Shown here in pieces: positions 44,231-59,023 of a stretch of DNA of 64,000 bases. Numbering within the stretch: the stretch's first letter is position 1; each line of letters begins with the position of its first letter. The notes below the pieces were generated by a model. The model was not told the DNA's origin and did no database searches. It saw nothing but the letters and a program-made list of their open reading frames with translations. A program made the position numbers and the translations under genes. Source of the stretch: Trichoplax adhaerens (Eukaryota > Animalia > Placozoa); assembly GCF_000150275.1 (NCBI RefSeq), contig NW_002060949.1:865836-929835 (forward strand). The letters run 5' to 3'.

Positions 44231-44885
44231 GATATCAGAAAAATCGATTAAAATATAACAGGTCATTAAAACGCCTAATTTATTGAAAATTAGTCGGGAA
44301 AAAACTTCGTGATATGCACTACTTGGCTTATATTCATAATCAATATAGCTCAAATTAATTAATGGCTTGTACCAGCACCATGTAATAAAAAGGTATTTAG
44401 CTCTGGTTGAATTTAAATGACTAATATCGTTATCATTACCAAAAAAGTACGACCATAACTCGATGCAAAGATATACTGGGATAACTAAAATTTACAGATA
44501 ACATAAAAATAATTGAATATACGATCAAAATACATCAATAACAATTATATGATCTAATACTGTTCAATATCAAGTATCATCAGGAAGTATATGTCAGTCA
44601 AGGCACTGCATAATGTAATAGTGGCAATGTGAAATTGATGTATCCCATTATATTCATACTCAATGGAGTAGCTACTGCACCACGTACAGTAATTTTTAAA
44701 CTTAAAATAACTTACAAGATCTTATAAGGATACTAAAGCAGAATATGAATGTTAATATGATCACTTAAAGAATTTGGCACATGGTAGTCATGGTTGCGCT
44801 TCCTAACAAAGCAATTGTTACATCAAGGCAGTAAGAGTGACAATATGTATACATACATTTGTCTACTTCTCATAGCCTTATAATT

Positions 44886-47800
44886 TTACAAAGACTTAAG
44901 AATTTGGTTGGCTCTTTCACTAAGCGGAGTCCGTGAATCAGTCGATAAAGCTTTTAATCTAACTATAAGTAGTTGATAATTTTCATCCTTCACCAACTTT
45001 TTCATTCGGTCCACTATTATGTTAATCAAGAAATAATTTCTGTTAAATGTAACTAGTATCCAGGGGCATTTCATGAATGTATAAATTAGTTAATCGTAAA
45101 GTATGTGTCGTTATGCCTCTTTAACACTTATATAGCGACTGCACTCGAATGTTTCATACTAACCGCTTAGTTGTTTACATATTTGTTCCAGTAACTTCAA
45201 AGCACAAATTTTCACAGCTATGTACTTTTCATCTAGTACAAAATATTAACGTATCATGCATTGTATTTACCCTATTGCAGTGGATTATTCTATGATCTTA
45301 CATAATCAAATCCATACGTTTTAAAAAAACTTGATTCATTAATTATATATAACATAATTGCAATCATTACAGTACCATGAAATAATTATCGGCTAATGTC
45401 TACTGAATTAAGATAGGTACATTAGTTTAAATTAGTCATAGAAATATACCAAGATTGTATCTCAGAGTGACTTCTAGTAAGCTAATAGCTTTTAATAGTA
45501 ATGCGTAAAGTGATTTTCAAAGCTCAATATAGATAAATTTGTTCTACTACACAATGCGTTTATTATTTTAGATAAATAGTAATTAATTACTGACCTAAAC
45601 AATCCAAAGTCGGTAACAGTACGTTCGACAATACAGTTTCCCACATCTCATCCGTAGTATCATTGTTGTATGCCCTTTGAAATTGAGGTATAGGGATAGT
45701 TAATTTAATCTGGAATTCTATCTATTACCAGAGTATTATACTTAGAATAATATTGGTAAGTGAACACTAGTAAACTCTACCTTTCCAAAAAATTTTCTGC
45801 AGCTAACAAAATTGGCATCTGAACTTTCCACGTATTTTTTACAAGTGAAGAGGACATCAGTACTATGTACTCTTTCATAATATCTATCAATTTGTATAAA
45901 AATTTAAAGTACTTAGCAATTTTAATAGTTGATCAATTAATACGGTTCACTAAAATAATAATAAAGATAATTATACTTATATAACCTCAAACTCACCTGG
46001 TGAAGTGATAGAATCATGCCATGCGTTACCTAGACATTCAAAAATGCATGCTTTTAATTCGATGTTGCCTTCTTCCTTCTTGCGTTTTTCACCCTCATTA
46101 CAGCTCTAGACAAGTGTTTTTGTAAGCAATAAATTATTGACTACGAAATATAAAAGGACTACTGAAAGTTATCCATTTTATCTTGCAAATGATACTAATC
46201 TGATATTGATCTATTAACAATCTACAGATTACCTCTGATTCTTCAAGATAAGGGATAACGATAGATTTAAATTCAACGAATTTATTAATCTTGAATACTT
46301 TTAAAAGTGTTGTTAGAGACTTCATAGCAATCATCTTATACGAAACATTTGATCTACGACATTCCCGCACAAATTTGTCTATAATCTAAAGGTAAAGAAG
46401 ATATTATTATGAAATTAATATTGATAGTGTTGACTGAGACAACATTACCAACCGCATTGATTGTAGCATTTTTACTATCTTCTTTTTGTTCTTCTAATGT
46501 ATTTCTAAAAATATGTTAACAAAACGGATATAAATCATAGTGAAGATATGCAATTGAGTAACATGAATCAACGTAATCTAAGACATCGTATGAAATATGA
46601 AAGCTGTCTACATGTTAATATTACATGTTAGCCTTGCATAAAGAGGTAATAGCGTGGAGAACTGATTCCTATTATAAAATATTACAAAAATAGAAATATT
46701 AAATAAGATGTAATCGCTATCCTTCATAAGTTAGTAATTAAATTATATTGTGGTAATACCTTGCCATCCCATACAGAGCCTGATAAAGCTAACTGAAGTG
46801 CTTCCAATGTATTAGTAAGGCTTACTAAGGGTAGTTCACTGTCTACACAGCATAAAGATAATGTTCATCTTTCTTAAACTAGCAATATAAATATGGGATT
46901 GGTAATAGTATTAAAGAAATTTTTACTTTGTTTATCTGCAAGTGTCATGATTGATTTAGCTGCTTTTTCACGCGTTTTCCATGACTGCGATGATATACAC
47001 TTGCAACTTATATCCAAAATTCCATCACGATATAATCGAATTCCTCCCTCCATACCTAAAGGTTCGATATCAGTAACATACAAATACATGTATATTGTAT
47101 AGTATTCTATTGAGTAAAAAAATTTATCGCTAAACTATGATACTCTATCGTTAAAATGATTGTTCCTACCAGGAGTATTTTCTATCCATAATTCCTTCCA
47201 CATCGATTTTAGGGTACTGTCTGAATCTGGAGCAAATTAGAACAAAAATAAATTGATAGTGAATCAAATGCAAAGCATATCATAGGTTGAGGGATAAGAA
47301 AAAAGTAATTTTACCATTGTGATGCATAGCGAAAAATATTAACGGCATCACTTCTGAGCGATAATTTTTGAATAATTCACTAGCGTATTCAGATATAGCA
47401 CGAAGTACCAAGCCACAGTAGTTTTCACCTTCCTCATTGTCTTAAAAATAATAATCAATATATATTATAAAGTCTAACCTATTATCACGCGTTTGCATAA
47501 CAATTATTACAGAACGCTAAATAGCCTTCTTTATTAATAGTATTACCAGTCTCAAAATAGCCTTCTTTTAACATAGTGAATTGCTTAGACACGGTATTCT
47601 CCTTTGCAATCTATATCATAATGATGCAAATAAGCGGGATTTTGACAATGTGTTTTTCACACATGCGGCAATCACTTATCAAAAAACTATGGTTTCTACT
47701 GGTAGCGTCAGTTATCAGTGATTGAAATTTTGTAATTCTTAAATTTAGCCCTTCAATTGAGGAAGATCTAGTTATAATTAGTACCGTAAAACTAAACAGA

Positions 47801-50800
47801 TAGACTGATATCCTGCTATAAAAAATCCTTGAATTTGGCGTATGTACTTAAATAAATAAATAACATCTACAATACATCGTAGAATGAAAACATGGAGTAC
47901 GCGTATATATTATTGTGCTGCCAGTGTAGCAGTTGCTCACATAAAAATATTAAACGCGTTATTATAGCAAATTTCTACTCACAAGAAAATTGTCTGATGA
48001 TATATTACTTAAAATTTCAATAATCTCAAAGTTGACATAATCGTTGGTATAACCTTAACTAAGTGGCCGATGGCTGAGGCATAAGCCTTTGATATTGATA
48101 AATTTCTATCCTTTGGAGCATTAGAGAAGGCTTTTAATAGGCGACCTGCAGAGTCATGATACCTGGTGAGTGTGATATAACATTGCAAACATCATTTAAA
48201 TGAATTTTATTTAAATGAGTCTCATTGCCTGCATGTGGTCGCAATTCCTTTGTTTTCAGATTAACAAGTTGTATCACAAAATGAGAACAACCAGCCTAAT
48301 TTACATTCATTGTTATATTTTAATATTTTCTCTTCAATATCGGATAGTTAAGATACGCGGACTTTACAGTTCAACAATTGAGATAAAAATTTATGTACAT
48401 GTTAACATGATTTTACCTTGGTGCCTACACCTATACCATGCCTGATAAGAGGAACAAGCTTGGGAATGAGTTCAGTTAAAATTTCTTCATCAATGTAATC
48501 AATGCACTATAATAATACATACGTTTAATACAGGGAATATTGCATGTTAAATGATGTATTGTGATAGAGCTTATAGTTAAATAAATAAATATGTACCAGT
48601 TTTACGGTATCCATCATGGGGGATGATTTCGAGGCTGATACACGATGACTATCCAACTATAACATTGATTTAATTTAAAAAAAAATGATTGAGTATTCGA
48701 TCATACAAATAAAAAACGAAGGATTTTCTCAGTCTTTTGAAACTCACTAGTTCTTGCGAGTCTTTATTACGCAGTTGCAGATATAAATAGTTCATAACCT
48801 ATATAACGCAAATATTAATCATGCATTCTCTCTAGTATCAGATCATTCGTAAATTAAAAAATAAGATCTTTACCTGTGGTTCGAGCGAACTTAGGGATTC
48901 TATCATGGTCGGTATCAAGACGGCTATGTGCGGTTTAAGTGTAGCTGCCTATCGTTTTAACATTCAGTTAGTAGGAAATTACGTAATCGTTTCAAAACTA
49001 AATCATATAGCATTGACTTACTGCTTTTTTACCAATTTCAACAACCGTATTAAGGCTGAACATCCAAATATTTTGTAGCGTGCCAATGATAAACGATTCA
49101 TTAAATATATACCTTATATACAATATAGATACTAATCAATGTAATTTGAAACCATGATATTAACCTAATAGCTCTGATTTCTTCAGCTCGGCTACCAATG
49201 CCTTTATTAGATAGCAAAATAGGTAAAACACTATCGACAACTTCATGGCTTGCTTTGCTACTCAAATCGCTGCTAATTTTTATTGTAACCTACATAAAAT
49301 TCGAGATAAAATATTTGATTATACTCACTTTGATCGATAAAAATCAGCTATCATAAGATTCTACATCATGTCATATTAACCTTGATTAGAGTTTGGCAGG
49401 AAACTGCAGCCGCCTTACGAACCGTTTCCTGTTATTAAACCATTAGGGCTTCATTATAAATTCATATTACATAATATTGTCATATTATAAAAATACGTAC
49501 GTTACAACGTCCAAAGCAAAAATATTTTGCAATTACACGATATAATTACAACTTATCTTACTTTTATATCGTCCAAAACTAGAAGGCAAGATTCCCATAA
49601 TTTAGGCAAATAAGTTATAATACTGTCGATGGATCGACCACTTAACAAATCACTTACGGCTAGACAACTATAATAAAAGCATTACATCATGAATTATAAG
49701 GCCATTTACAGAAAACAATTTTTAATGTTTATCAGGACCTCCAGATGAAAGTTAATGAGTTGGAAAATTCACCTCGATTCTCTCACTCTCCAAAATTTAT
49801 TCGTTAAATTCTTCGATAAATCTTTAGCAATTTCTACCATATATTTATCGACTATCTTGGTATCGGGCACTAAAGCAGACCAGATGCTATTCATTGATTT
49901 TTGGATTTTGGGATCGTAACGATAACTTCATAAAATAACAAGATGAAAACTGAATATTTAATATTAAGGTTATAATTATTAGTAACAACGTTAAGACGAT
50001 CATTTAGGTACCGGAATAATCTTGGAATTAGTTTTGGTAAATATGGTTCTAATTCTTTTCTAGCTTGACTAGCGATTGAAGAAAATCCGATTGCTGCACC
50101 CTATTTATAATCAATCATAAGTTCAAAGGGAGTGATACAACTGATGACAGAGTAGTGGTAACTTAGAGTTACATGTTAGAAATGTGAATCGACTATGGAC
50201 GATAACATGGTCTTTGAAAGCGCAATACGAAATCTTGCATTTAATTCTAAAGTTCTGTACGCACAATACATTGAATTTAGAGTCACCCGTGTCATACGTT
50301 CTGTGTATAAACTCTGCAGTACATCATACAGTAGACTACACATATATATTAAATTGATTTAACGGACTCGTAGAAAGAGATATAAGAATGTTAATACGCT
50401 GTATTCATTAAGAAGGAAATAAGTGCGTGTCCTATGCAAATCCAGATGAAGGATAGCTTATGGTCGATCAACGAAAAACAGCCCACATGTTACATCTATC
50501 AATATAAATAATAATAGTGAAATATATTGTTGTACCTTACGAGAATTCCACAATGCATTATGATTTGCTAAATGCATAAATTTATAAATTAAATCCGGTC
50601 GATTCAGATCAGTTGCGACAGCACATAACTCTTTGTATGTTGACATGCTAGAGCTGCAAAAATAAGTATTACGCTACTGCTTAAAATTGATATAGGATAA
50701 ATAAACTTAAACTTTTATAATCGTGAAAGGTAACATACCCTTCCGGAGTTTCACCGACTTCATTGTTTTTGAATACGACAGTATCGGATGTGACATGTGC

Positions 50801-53800
50801 ACCCGCCCTTTTAATAAAACCGCATAAAAATTTTAAAATGTTACATTTTCACATGCTAGTTAAACCAGAGTGGTTGTACATAAATATTATTTTTACTTTC
50901 GCCCTGATGTCAATGTATCAACGAGCATATTAACCAGCGTATCTTTAGTTGTAGATCCTCCAACATCATACAGTAAACCTAAGCCACTAGACGCCATTTC
51001 TTGCGTGATCTCTAAATAGTTACGCCAAAATGAATATTTAAAGAACTTTTAAACAATCTAATAAAAGTACTCATCATGGCTGCTAGCAGTTACGGTCGAT
51101 ACAATTACGGTATGTTACTATTGCAAAAAAGGCGAAGTATTCTCAGATTTTAAAAAATTTTTAAGTATCACTTCGTAGCTAATCCACATTTATCAGTTAG
51201 TTAAAGTAGACGGCCGTCAAGCCTATGCATAAAATTAATTAGCATTTTAACACAGAAGAAAATTACATTACAATACATAAATTTGAGCGTAAACAATTAT
51301 TGTTGAAAAGATAGAATATGCTCATATTACTTACCGTCATTTTCTGTTAAGAAATTAATAAAAATTATTTGAATTTTTTGCAACCAATTCTATATTAATT
51401 AATGTAAGTTACAAAAATAAAGTTAATAAATACGCTTTGAGTACATAAAACACAAAGATACTACAAGGAATATTTATGATAATTATGGTTTAAAGAATAA
51501 ATATTTGGGAATAACGATGCAAACGTTGATAAATTATAACCTGTAATTCTGGCATATTGCCAGAATATTTCAATATGGAGAATAGCCAGATACACGTTGC
51601 CTACATAGAAATATCAGTTAATACTTGTGCAGATGTCACAGCAAGTTGAACAACTAGATTTGCACTTTCATACTGTATGATGGCTTACTTGACGAATTGT
51701 CGGGTTCGGATTGGTTGCATATCGGGTTAGTAACATATCTAGTAACCATCTCATCAATTCTGAATCATATTGATTAGGTTCGCGTAAACTATGGGCAAGT
51801 CGGTAGAAATGGCGTTAATCGGTTTTTAATTTTCTAGATTATTAGCCGGCTCAAAATTGGTTATCATTATAACGTACGTTTTAGAGCTAATAAGGTTACA
51901 TTGAAGAGCTGAGGAGATATGTCTAGCTGTAATTAGTGACAGCGCTTTGCCGATTGTAAATAATAAGTCAATTTGTTGGCCCTGCAGTAATACCAGAACA
52001 AAGTTGCAATTAAACAATAACAAAAGTTAGTGTAGTTTAGCAAGATTCCTGTTATTAGAATTACGTGTATCTTACTTTACTTTCCGTTAGCATTGTTTCA
52101 ATGAGCTCTTTAAGTTTAGGAAAATGAGGGTCACCAACTGGAAGATGGCCAATCGTAATATAAAGATTTTCCTTTACCTGTGGTGATACATTTAAAGTTT
52201 CTGATTACTTCAAGTTGAGACCATGAATACAATGTAATAAATCAGGACCTTTTTATCTTTGGATTTCTGCAATCGAGTTTGTAACCTCTTGGCAATTGAA
52301 CTTTTACTGAGATCATTATCGGATTCATCCGGTAAAGGTAGCGGTTTAATAGACCCCATCTCGGTTAGAATAGTACAGGCAGTATTGACAAAAACGGCTT
52401 GCGAATCAGCTAACCTAATTGCTAAAGTGACAAGATATCCAAATTTATCAAAAATTTTTATCAGTGTAGTAGCAGTCAACACGCGTACAACATTTACGAT
52501 AAATATCAATGAGATTTGAAGGTCATCATAATGCCATATTAACCTATATGATGAAGTATCTCCTTCGCTAGCATATTTTCATTTTGTGAGTCAAAGACTA
52601 CTTTACAATTTAAATCAGAGGTAAAGAATGTTCTGTAAACTAAACAGAATCCAGCAGAGGCAAAGGACCCATGTTGGACTTCAAATGACTGTATAAAATT
52701 GATTTGAAATAATTTAATAACAATTAGTAACTATTTTAGAAGTTACAAATTCCAGTATATAAATAAATTACACAAGCCTTGTTAATCGTTTAATTTACAA
52801 TTACCATTAAAATTAATTTGAGCTTACGTGATAATTAGATTTCTCAAGTAATTCTCGAACTTGTGTAATATATTTTACGCTGTCTTGTGAAGCTAGTATC
52901 ATCCCATAGAGTCTACTCGCGAACAATCGGCAGTCATCAGAAACCCCATTTACGAAAGCCTAAATCATTCGGTGCAGAAAGTAGTAATATTCTCCGTGTT
53001 ATAAGCTACATTGCACATTATAAAGTGGTGTACATGATGGTTAAATTACTAAGCTACTCTCATTCAGCTAGCAACCTTTTTAGTGTTTTTTACCTGAATT
53101 TTACTATTCCATTTACCATTCATCAATCTAACATGTAAGCGAATAGGATCAGCATTGATTGCTTCTAATAAGCAGTACAATCCAACTTTATGTAAATTGG
53201 AACCTAAAATAATACAGCTAGTTAATTATTATAATGAATACATATTACGATTCTACACGAAACCTCAATTAATACTATAGGCATACGTTACCTCCAGCGG
53301 GACTTAAAGACTCATAGGCTAACGAGAAATATTCATCAATAATAGATTCTGTTTTGTGATAATGTGTTAGCATTGTTAGTATCAAGTAATGTTGTCTAAG
53401 CAATTTAACCACGAATATAAGAGAAGTAATATCAATAGCTTAAAATTCTGTCAGTTAATTATTAATTTCTACCTTTGTTGAATTGATTGGAGCCATAAAT
53501 CTGTAGATGTCGATCTAACAATTCCAAAAAAGGTATTGACTGTAAAGCATCTTCCGGAATATCATCTTGACTTTCAAGTAGACATCTCCGAGTATATGTT
53601 AATAACTAGGCAAAATGCAAATTACGCTGGTGATAATTCTGCACATATACTATGGCAGTCAAACAATTTAATAAAATTGAAGTGAAGGTTATTATCAGCT
53701 ACTTAGCAGTAACTCTACTTGCATTAAAAGGTGACAAAATTTAACGACATGATTTAATTCACATTAAACAAAAAGACTACTAAAATAAGTAAGCAAAAAG

Positions 53801-56800
53801 CAAGTAAATATAGAGTCCTAAAAAATTTAACTTTAAAATTGTAGTACGAAAAATATGAATCACAGTTCGTTAAATACGTGCACAAAAGATTATAAGAGAT
53901 ATGCTATCCACCATACAGATAAATAATTACTACAGTATTTATCCACAATACGATAATAAAATTGTTATCGCAATCATTTTTTATATCAAATTTCATCTAC
54001 AGTGACACTCAATAAATTGGGAATTCGCGTTAATGACAAAAAAATTATTCAATTTCATACCTCCATAAGAATTGCTGGAGAAAATGGCAATATTCCGCTT
54101 TCTGTTTTAAAGCAGCGAGGGTTATTGGTGCTTAATCTTGTTTCCATCTAAATTTAATTGTCAGAATTTTACATAGACGCATACTTTTTTGATCACACGC
54201 GTCTGCAAATAGTTTGACTCGTGAAAGGCGTTTGTACCTGTTGTCTCACATATTGTAAAAGCTTTATAAATGATGGAAACTTGTATTCTGGTGTTGAATT
54301 TGAGTCGGAAATATTTGAAGCGCTTGTTAATCCTAACCCGCGTTTAGCTTCTTCTCGAATTTCTTCATTGCTAAGGGGCGATATTAGCGAGAAAAAGATA
54401 ATTTACTACAATGAGTGATCAAGATTTTACAGGCTGGGAGTTGATCTAGAAGTTGCAGTGTCCAATATAGTTACTCGAAATTTTATATTCCTGAAGCTTA
54501 TGAAATTACCTATCAGCGGAAGCCAATATACAAACATAACGTGAAGTCACATTGTCAGTCGGAAATATAATATTTGCTAGCCTAACAGATAACAACCTAC
54601 ACGGCAATATTGTCTAAAATGGCAGAGAAACGAAACCATTCTTATAATGATTATAGTAATATCCATATTAAGCTTTCTTGGTAAATAGAAGAGTAAAAGA
54701 GTATCTATTCATTTTGTACAGAAGCAACAGCTAGCTGTCTTACTTCTGAGAAATATCAAGCAAACTTACATGTTCTACATATTGAAGTAGTAAATTCTCT
54801 AACATGGTTGCATCTGTTTCTGATACCGATTTGTAACAGGAAGCCATATCAATTAGAGCATCGCGCAAAGCAGATTTTGAATCTGCGTCTTCCTGAAGAG
54901 CAAAGTTTAAGTGATATAGTATATATTGCATATGCTAGAGAACCTTTAAGATAAGTAACGAGCTCCTTCGATTACCTCAGTTAGCGCATTGAAAAACTGC
55001 ACAACAATACCAACGTCTTTGGCGAACATATTTGGTAATCGCCTAATTAAAAATTAGATATAAAATTAGCGCTATAATCTGATTGAAAACAGCAGTAGCT
55101 GTTAAGATCATTTTAAAATGTTACAATAAATACATCGTACTTTGATAAATATCCGCAATTATGGTACGACAGCTGACGTAGAATAGATTCCTATGATTTA
55201 AAATGAAAGAGACAAAGTGATTACAGTTGCAGGTTATTATATTCATGTTTATAATTATAGGATATGTTGGTAAGGATAGCAAACCTTTTCACTACTGATT
55301 AACTTCTTGAGTGAAGAAAACAATATAGGACCCATAATCTTTATTTTAGTATTTGATGATCTAAAACAAATTTTATACGTTTTAGTATGGATATGTCGTT
55401 AAGGATGCGAAAATAGTATGCTATGATTATTTGGCGTTTACTGTCGAAATTTTTACGCGCTTACTTCTTACAAACATGACCCATAAACTGCAAAGCAAAA
55501 GTTTTGAGCCGTTGTGTAGTAGTAGGTGCATTCAATGCATCAAAAATGACTTGCATGCAAGGCGGAAATTCATCACCAGCTTTATTAGATTTTATCAATA
55601 GTGGTATTATGAGCAGCTTAACTCGATTATTTGCAGGAATTCTTTGCTCCTCAGGTTTAATTATCGTCTGAGTCTAAACAGTAAAATACAACTTAGCAAA
55701 TAAGGAATACGGCATTCGTGTTATAATCATATACACAATAATACGTCAAAATCTGTAAGAGGAATTCGCAGACACCTACTTTTGAAAGTGTTTTCATCGA
55801 TGACCCCAAATAGAGCTGGTACAAGATAGTTATAAGCTGAGCAGATTCCCAATCGATCGAGCTTGTATTATAACAGCAGTTTTTTAATTAATAATATGTA
55901 TGTACAATAATTTGCTACATCAGTATCATTTTCAAGAATGCTGAGATGAAATTCGGCTAATTATACAGTATTGCTGTACAATTAGCAGAGTTTCATCTAC
56001 CCTATCCTATTCTCTATAGTATTAATGCTAACTATTGATGTAGTTTCATTAAATCAATCATTATACAGTATCTACTTATAGTTGTGTAGCCTTAATACTT
56101 GTAGAATGCAATGTCTCATATGACTACCTTTGCCTTTTTGTAAGTTCATTTGAGCCCAGATTTGATATACTAAAAGACAAGAATGTTTATTGCTCTGTAC
56201 TATTTAGATGGTCAATCAATGAATAAAAGTAATCCCAATCAAAGTTACATTCTACCTCCATCGGGCATCACCAGATGCTATTATAAGGTGAGGAGCAATT
56301 GCTGTCTCAGTGAAAAGATCAGTTGCCAGAAATTTAAGGATTCCTAGCTTCATCTGCAATGTTGGTAATAAAGTGCGAAGACATTCATATTCAAATTAAT
56401 GCATACCGTTAGATGTATATGCTTGAGAAAAAGAATAAACTACCTTTTCTAATTGATCAGGATTTATACCACCTTCTGGAATAATTCGTTTTATACTTGC
56501 GGCACTAAGGCAAGGTGCTCCTTCTAACTTGGCTAAGTCGATTTGAGGACTACAGCGTTATTATGAATAGAAGAAAAGATTTTACAACCCCATACGTACT
56601 TCAATAAAGTAAAGTTCTGGGTAACCGTTACAAATGAAGTAATTCACCTATAAGGCATAGAGAGAAGGTCTAAGAGATACTGTAGGAGAGAGCTTCCAGT
56701 ATTACTTAGCTTGTTATCAGCAATACCGATCATTCGACGTAGTTCCTCAACAGAGTACTTTTCCTTCAATTCACTGAAAAGTGGAACTATTAACTGAAAA

Positions 56801-58509
56801 ACTCTGTCGAGAATAAATAACAGGATAAATTAGTAGAGGAATGAAACAAATTTAATTTTAGAGTTCCGATCTGGCTTAGCTATTTCAAGAAATATACTGC
56901 TAAATTTACTGATACTTAGGATTTTCTATATAAAGTTTACCGATCTTGCTGCGCTGCAGTTTTGCTAGTGATACATTCAAAAAGTCTAGGTACTATCTGT
57001 AACTGGTCAGCCAAACTTAATCTTGTAAAGCCCATTTTTAAATATACCGTAGTAAAGTTCTAATAAAATAAGATAATATTTCATATTACTCTTATGTATT
57101 AGCATGTGAAAGCGATAGTGTAGTAATTACTTTACTTTATGGATACCATGATTAATTATCATTTTTATTATTGTTATGGCTAACTCTTGTTGAATTACCT
57201 GGACGAACGATGGGGTAGCATCATCCTATTGACAAGCATTATTATATGAAGGGCATAAATTAGAAAATGGAAGTAATTTTTTAATTAAGAGTATAATGTA
57301 TGGGTCAAGTAATAATAATATTACTACACTAGTATCAAATATCATTATACTACTTCATATAGTACTATCTCCATTAAATGTAGCTGGTCGTTATACTGTG
57401 TCATATTGCTCTACTGTACATTACGTATACAAGAAAAGTTACCAATTTAAATATTCTATATTGAATGCTAAACAGGTGTAAACGCTATTTATACTAACGG
57501 TAAACAGTTATACTAGGAAAACTATTAATGCTATATACCTGAAATTGATCCAATAAAGCATCAAGAGGTAATTTGATATCAGTTTGGTTGCGAATACGTT
57601 TATTGACATGATTCAGTAATTCCAAGACCTATTCATGTAAATAATTCGCAAGACTCATCTATAGTAAATCGAGCTTGATGCAATTTGAAAACAGTAGGCT
57701 AATATTAAAGTCCATATTTTAAGACAAAGTTGTGCCTTGAACTAGTACTATATACAACATTAACAGTATCTACAAGGAAAAGGTAGTATAATGTATACAC
57801 TTTGTTATTTATTGCACTTGCATTCTACCACTTTGCAAGATGTACGGGTCGTATACTTGTATGTGTGCCTCAGTACTACTGATCAAACTAATACGACAAA
57901 CTAACATTGTGCACAAGCAATTTTCGCACACGAGTATCATGAAGTGTAAAAATCAGCATGCTTCGGAGTAACAAACGTCTACAGAACTGTAGATGGTAGT
58001 AATCTAATGTAACTGCGGCTTTCAGTTTTATCGCAATAGAGGGTAAATAAATACTACTAATAGTTGCCTCATTTCTCTAGAAATACGCATACATAGCAAT
58101 CCTTACCTTCTTTCGAACATCTTCATCAGGATGGCTTAATTTTAGTAGGATCGAAGGCAAAAATTTATGTAACTCTTTTTCCAGCTGCTCATCTTTCTCA
58201 GCTAATCCAAAGCGTAACAATAACCGTTCTAACAATTCTAGCCATAATCAACATTATAGCATTGGAATTAATCAAATTTTTCATTGAAATTCGAATGAAT
58301 CAAATTTTTCTACCTATCTATTCAACCAAAACAACCTTTCACTGATAACATTAACTGTCATTGTAACTCCCGAAATAAAGGCATATATAATTATACAAGA
58401 CTATTGCTACATTCAAAGGAAGTAATAGGAGATGTGGACATATTAGAACACAAATTCGCCATGATGACTAAAATAATTTCATACCTAAATTGGCTGCCAC
58501 GTCAGTCAT
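44886..58509 (-). CDS. ECPAS: Proteasome adapter and scaffold protein ECM29 (HEAT-repeat), roughly 50 small exons
   Basis: ATG at 58509 (exon 58485-58509). The next exons read [57 protein letters not shown] and [14 protein letters not shown]. Also [56 protein letters not shown] and EGGIRLY. The last exon ends at stop 44886. All fit ECM29 family motifs. Confidence 0.93.
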
Positions 58510-58554
58510 TTTGACAAATGAAGCTGCGTTTTGCTGATGCACGGTGCATTCAGC

Positions 58555-58795
58555 AAAACTACTGTACAGGACTGTACAGTACATTTTGTATTGCATCGTA
58601 CAGTACAGTATTGTACTGTACGGTATAATTAATTATTGAAACCCAGTACAGTACCTATTGACATATTCGTAAGGTACTGTACAACCTGTACTGCAGGTTT
58701 GAATCTGTGCATCAGATCTCCATAGTACAGTGCGTATCTTATACGCCTCTATTGTGATCTATGCATACATATACAGTACAGCAGCAGGGACTACT
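58555..58795. promoter_or_regulatory. ECM29 upstream region with TACTG/TACAG pentamer cluster
   Basis: Repeated ACTGTACAG/TACAGTAC motifs beginning about 50 bp upstream of the ECM29 ATG. Confidence 0.6.
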
Positions 58796-58839
58796 AAGTG
58801 TTACGAGAGAAAAACGTTTTCTCCTAGTAGGCAATTACG

Positions 58840-59023
58840 ATATGGTCGATGGACAGTATGGCAATCCAAGATTCTAGGATTGTCGAAAGTTTCGAGGTTA
58901 ACTTGTAACAACTGGTTTAGTTTAATAAAAAACAACATACTTGAGCTAACAGCATTACAAGTCAACCTCGAAATTTTTGATAATCCTAGAAGTAGATAGT
59001 CATACCTCGGGAATTGACCATAT
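58840..59023 (+). repeat. Long imperfect inverted repeat (fold-back hairpin, ~185 nt)
   Basis: Core arms 58872-58908 and 58955-58991 (37 bp: 33 Watson-Crick, 3 G-U, 1 A-C on +). Outer arms 58840-58850/59013-59023 and 58856-58867/58994-59005. Inner arm 58917-58925/58941-58949. Confidence 0.9.

Noticed and set aside
46893-57481. Plus-strand ORFs within the ECM29 locus
   Set aside because: Antisense shadows of ECM29 exons/introns with no recognisable domains.
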